From Nitrospiraceae bacterium (lineage in GTDB: Bacteria > Nitrospirota > Nitrospiria > Nitrospirales > Nitrospiraceae): a stretch of 64,000 nucleotides of DNA. This document shows, one piece after another, positions 62,106 through 64,000 of the stretch. The notes beneath the pieces were generated by a model, which searched no databases, was not told where the DNA came from, and was given only the letters and a program-made list of their open reading frames with translations. Position 1 is the first letter of the stretch. The number at the start of each line of letters is the position of its first letter. A program made the translations under genes and the position numbers. The stretch is from the NCBI GenBank assembly GCA_039794185.1, contig JBDIVW010000029.1, forward strand, positions 4,596-68,595. The letters run 5' to 3'.

Positions 62106-63415
62106 GGCGGCTGAAGTGGAAGCCGGATCAAGAACGTCGTCCCCACGCCGCTCTCGCTCGTCACTGAGATGGCCCCACCATGCGCGTCCACGACGTCCTT
62201 CACCAGCTTCGTGCCCAATCCGGTGCCGCCCGGCTTGCGGCTGCGCACCCGCGGGGTGAACAGACTGTCCCGGACTTCGGGAGCCATGCCCTGCCCCGTA
62301 TCGCGCACCTCGATCAGGATGGCCTCGCCGGGCGGGGCCACGTGTCCGGCCACGGTCACGGAGCCCCATGGAGGCACTTCGGGGATCGCATTGCTCACGA
62401 GGTTGTAGAAGGCATTGAACAGCCGATGCTCGTCCGCCAGCAACGACGGAAGCTGATCGAGGCCTTCCGTCCGGAGGGCCACCTTTTTCTCGTCGGCGGT
62501 CCAGCTCAGAGTTTCATACACGGCCTTGACGATGTGGCCGATCTTACAAGGTGCGAACTTCAGCGAGGTACTGCCGCCGTTGACACAATCGACGATGTCT
62601 TTCATGCGGTCCTGAATCCGGCGAGTCGAGTGTCGCACCATCATGGTGACCTCGCAGCTCAAGCCGCTCACCACCTGAGCCCGGTGCCGCGGGATCCATT
62701 CGCTCCGGAGGAGGTCGTGCACCTCGCTTTCCAACAGACCGGTTCCGCAAATGATCGGCATCAGCATATTCTTGATATCGTGACCGATGTCCCCCGCGAG
62801 CCGTGCGAGTTCGGCCGATTTCGCCTTCTCGAGCCGGCGCGCCCGCTCAATGGCGATCGCCGTCAGGGCCGACATCAGGGACACCAGGCTGAGATCATCC
62901 TGATCGAACAATCCCGTGCGCTTGTTGACCACCTCCAAGACACCGATCGGCTCCCCCTCCCATCGCTTCAGAGGGAACGCCATCAGATCCTGGCTCGCGG
63001 CCGCCATCACTCCATCGATGCTCTTGTAATAGCGCACATCCGGAGCGGCGTCATGAATGATGATCGGCAAATGGGACTGAAACACCTCCCCCGCCACACC
63101 TTGGTCCCAGGAGATCGCGGTGCCCGGGGCCACCGGCTGGGGTCCGATGAAGTGGTGGACGACCAAACGCTCCGACTCTGGATCGGCCAGTAGAATGGCC
63201 CCTCCCTCGGCCTCGACCACTTGCAGGATCGTGTGGAGGGACTGCACGACGAGATCATCGACGATCAGGTGATCGCCCAGCGCCTCGGTGATCCGACGCG
63301 TCGCCTCCAGCTCCCGTTCCCGTTCCTGCAAGCGACGGTCTTCGTGCCGACGCGGGCCACGGCGGCGTTCCACGTCGGGCCGACAGTAACGCGCGCGAGT
63401 ATCCTCGAGCGACAT
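62081..63415 (-). CDS. cytoplasmic GAF-domain sensor histidine kinase
   Basis: GAF-like region (GGAILLADPESERLVVHHFIG...IGVLEVVNK), H-box LAGDIGHDIKNML, ATPase boxes (NLVSNAIPE, DTGQGMA, GTGLGTKLV). Confidence 0.88.
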   Translation of the reverse strand: MSLEDTRARYCRPDVERRRGPRRHEDRRLQERERELEATRRITEALGDHLIVDDLVVQSLHTILQVVEAEGGAILLADPESERLVVHHFIGPQPVAPGTAISWDQGVAGEVFQSHLPIIIHDAAPDVRYYKSIDGVMAAASQDLMAFPLKRWEGEPIGVLEVVNKRTGLFDQDDLSLVSLMSALTAIAIERARRLEKAKSAELARLAGDIGHDIKNMLMPIICGTGLLESEVHDLLRSEWIPRHRAQVVSGLSCEVTMMVRHSTRRIQDRMKDIVDCVNGGSTSLKFAPCKIGHIVKAVYETLSWTADEKKVALRTEGLDQLPSLLADEHRLFNAFYNLVSNAIPEVPPWGSVTVAGHVAPPGEAILIEVRDTGQGMAPEVRDSLFTPRVRSRKPGGTGLGTKLVKDVVDAHGGAISVTSESGVGTTFLIRLPLQPPQSGRAAG

Positions 63416-64000
63416 CGTGACCTCTTGACCGGCTGATGGGTCTGACTCGCCTCCGGCACGAACGGCAGCTCGTTCACCTCATGGCCGTCAAATCAGGCGC
63501 GACTCCCCTCGAACGAACGCGCTTCCTCCCGTCGGCAAGGCGCCGCCGACCGGCTCACGACGAGAGCAAGGTCCAATACTCGGCCGCCCCCAAATGCGCC
63601 AGGGCCCGCGCTGCCGCCGCCAAACCGGCGCACTCGCCATCCCTGGACCGTTCGAGCCGATTCGCACGTAGCCTACATGACTGACCTCCCCTTCGCAAAA
63701 CCAGGCCGATAGGGAGGCAATGATGGTCCGGTGAAGGTAGATGCGGCGGGGCCCTGAAGCGCGACCACGATCTGGCTGTTTCACCTGGGTCGAGACCCAA
63801 CCACAGCTCATGGCAGCGCCCCAAGAGAAGAAATAGGAGTATTTTGGCGACCTATCGACCTCGCGACCTTGCAAGGCACGCGTATAGACTGCCGACACCA
63901 CCTTGTCAACCACATGCGAATACCTACGTATTACAACCCTTCATATCAGACTTCCACGATGGTCATGCGGGCTGTGATGGTAAGCGGGTAGGAGGAGGAA

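Noticed and set aside
63690-64000. Possible riboswitch (TPP, cobalamin, glycine, ZTP or c-di-GMP cores were checked by eye)
   Set aside because: No conserved core sequence was recognised. This cannot be excluded without a covariance-model scan.

Overview
GC-rich, gene-dense bacterial chromosomal segment with about 56 supportable CDS on both strands and many 1-4 nt start/stop overlaps. Protein sequences and gene neighbourhoods look Nitrospirota/Nitrospira-like, but that is inference only. In order, the window holds: gltB-gltD (gltD is cut by the left edge and is absent from the ORF track); a block headed by a NusG paralog (XRE-cupin regulator, orphan divergent GroEL, hpnA-like, hpnG-like, TraR/DksA zinc finger, SAM methyltransferase); a polyprenyl synthase; DUF1015 plus a sigma54 activator; amgK-murU; a DEAD-box helicase; NlpC/P60; an aldo/keto reductase; VanZ; GH57-galT-(ThiS/TtuB-like)-(TtuA-like)-sugar ABC transporter; a CbpA-like J-protein; MarC; Spy/ZraP-like plus PepSY; ilvD; TPR lipoproteins; a HisKA_2 kinase plus REC-PAS regulator; pilA-pilGHI-like; dnaB; hisZ; serA plus a class V aminotransferase; mltD-like; bioF; pilT-pilU; an FGE-like/thioredoxin-fold/cytochrome c trio; a GAF kinase. 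I recognised no rRNA, tRNA, CRISPR array, transposase, integrase or classical defence gene, so I cannot point to a clear novel system. The candidates most worth a second look are: (1) the NusG-paralog-led block, where a divergent GroEL without GroES is translationally coupled by three ATGA overlaps to hopanoid side-chain genes and a TraR/DksA protein; (2) a TtuB-like sulfur carrier whose Gly-Gly is followed by a 17-aa extension, next to a TtuA-like gene; (3) a perfect (GCTGAGT)x6 heptamer array abutting the galT ribosome-binding site; (4) a REC-PAS regulator ending in a CxxC...CxxC module; (5) a Myxococcus-like pilA-pilGHI arrangement with a 13-bp/UUCG hairpin abutting the pilG-like start; (6) several promoter and operator candidates (tandem 20-mers, sigma54-like elements, a BirA-like operator, leaderless layouts). 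All regulatory calls come from reading the sequence by eye and need experimental or computational confirmation.
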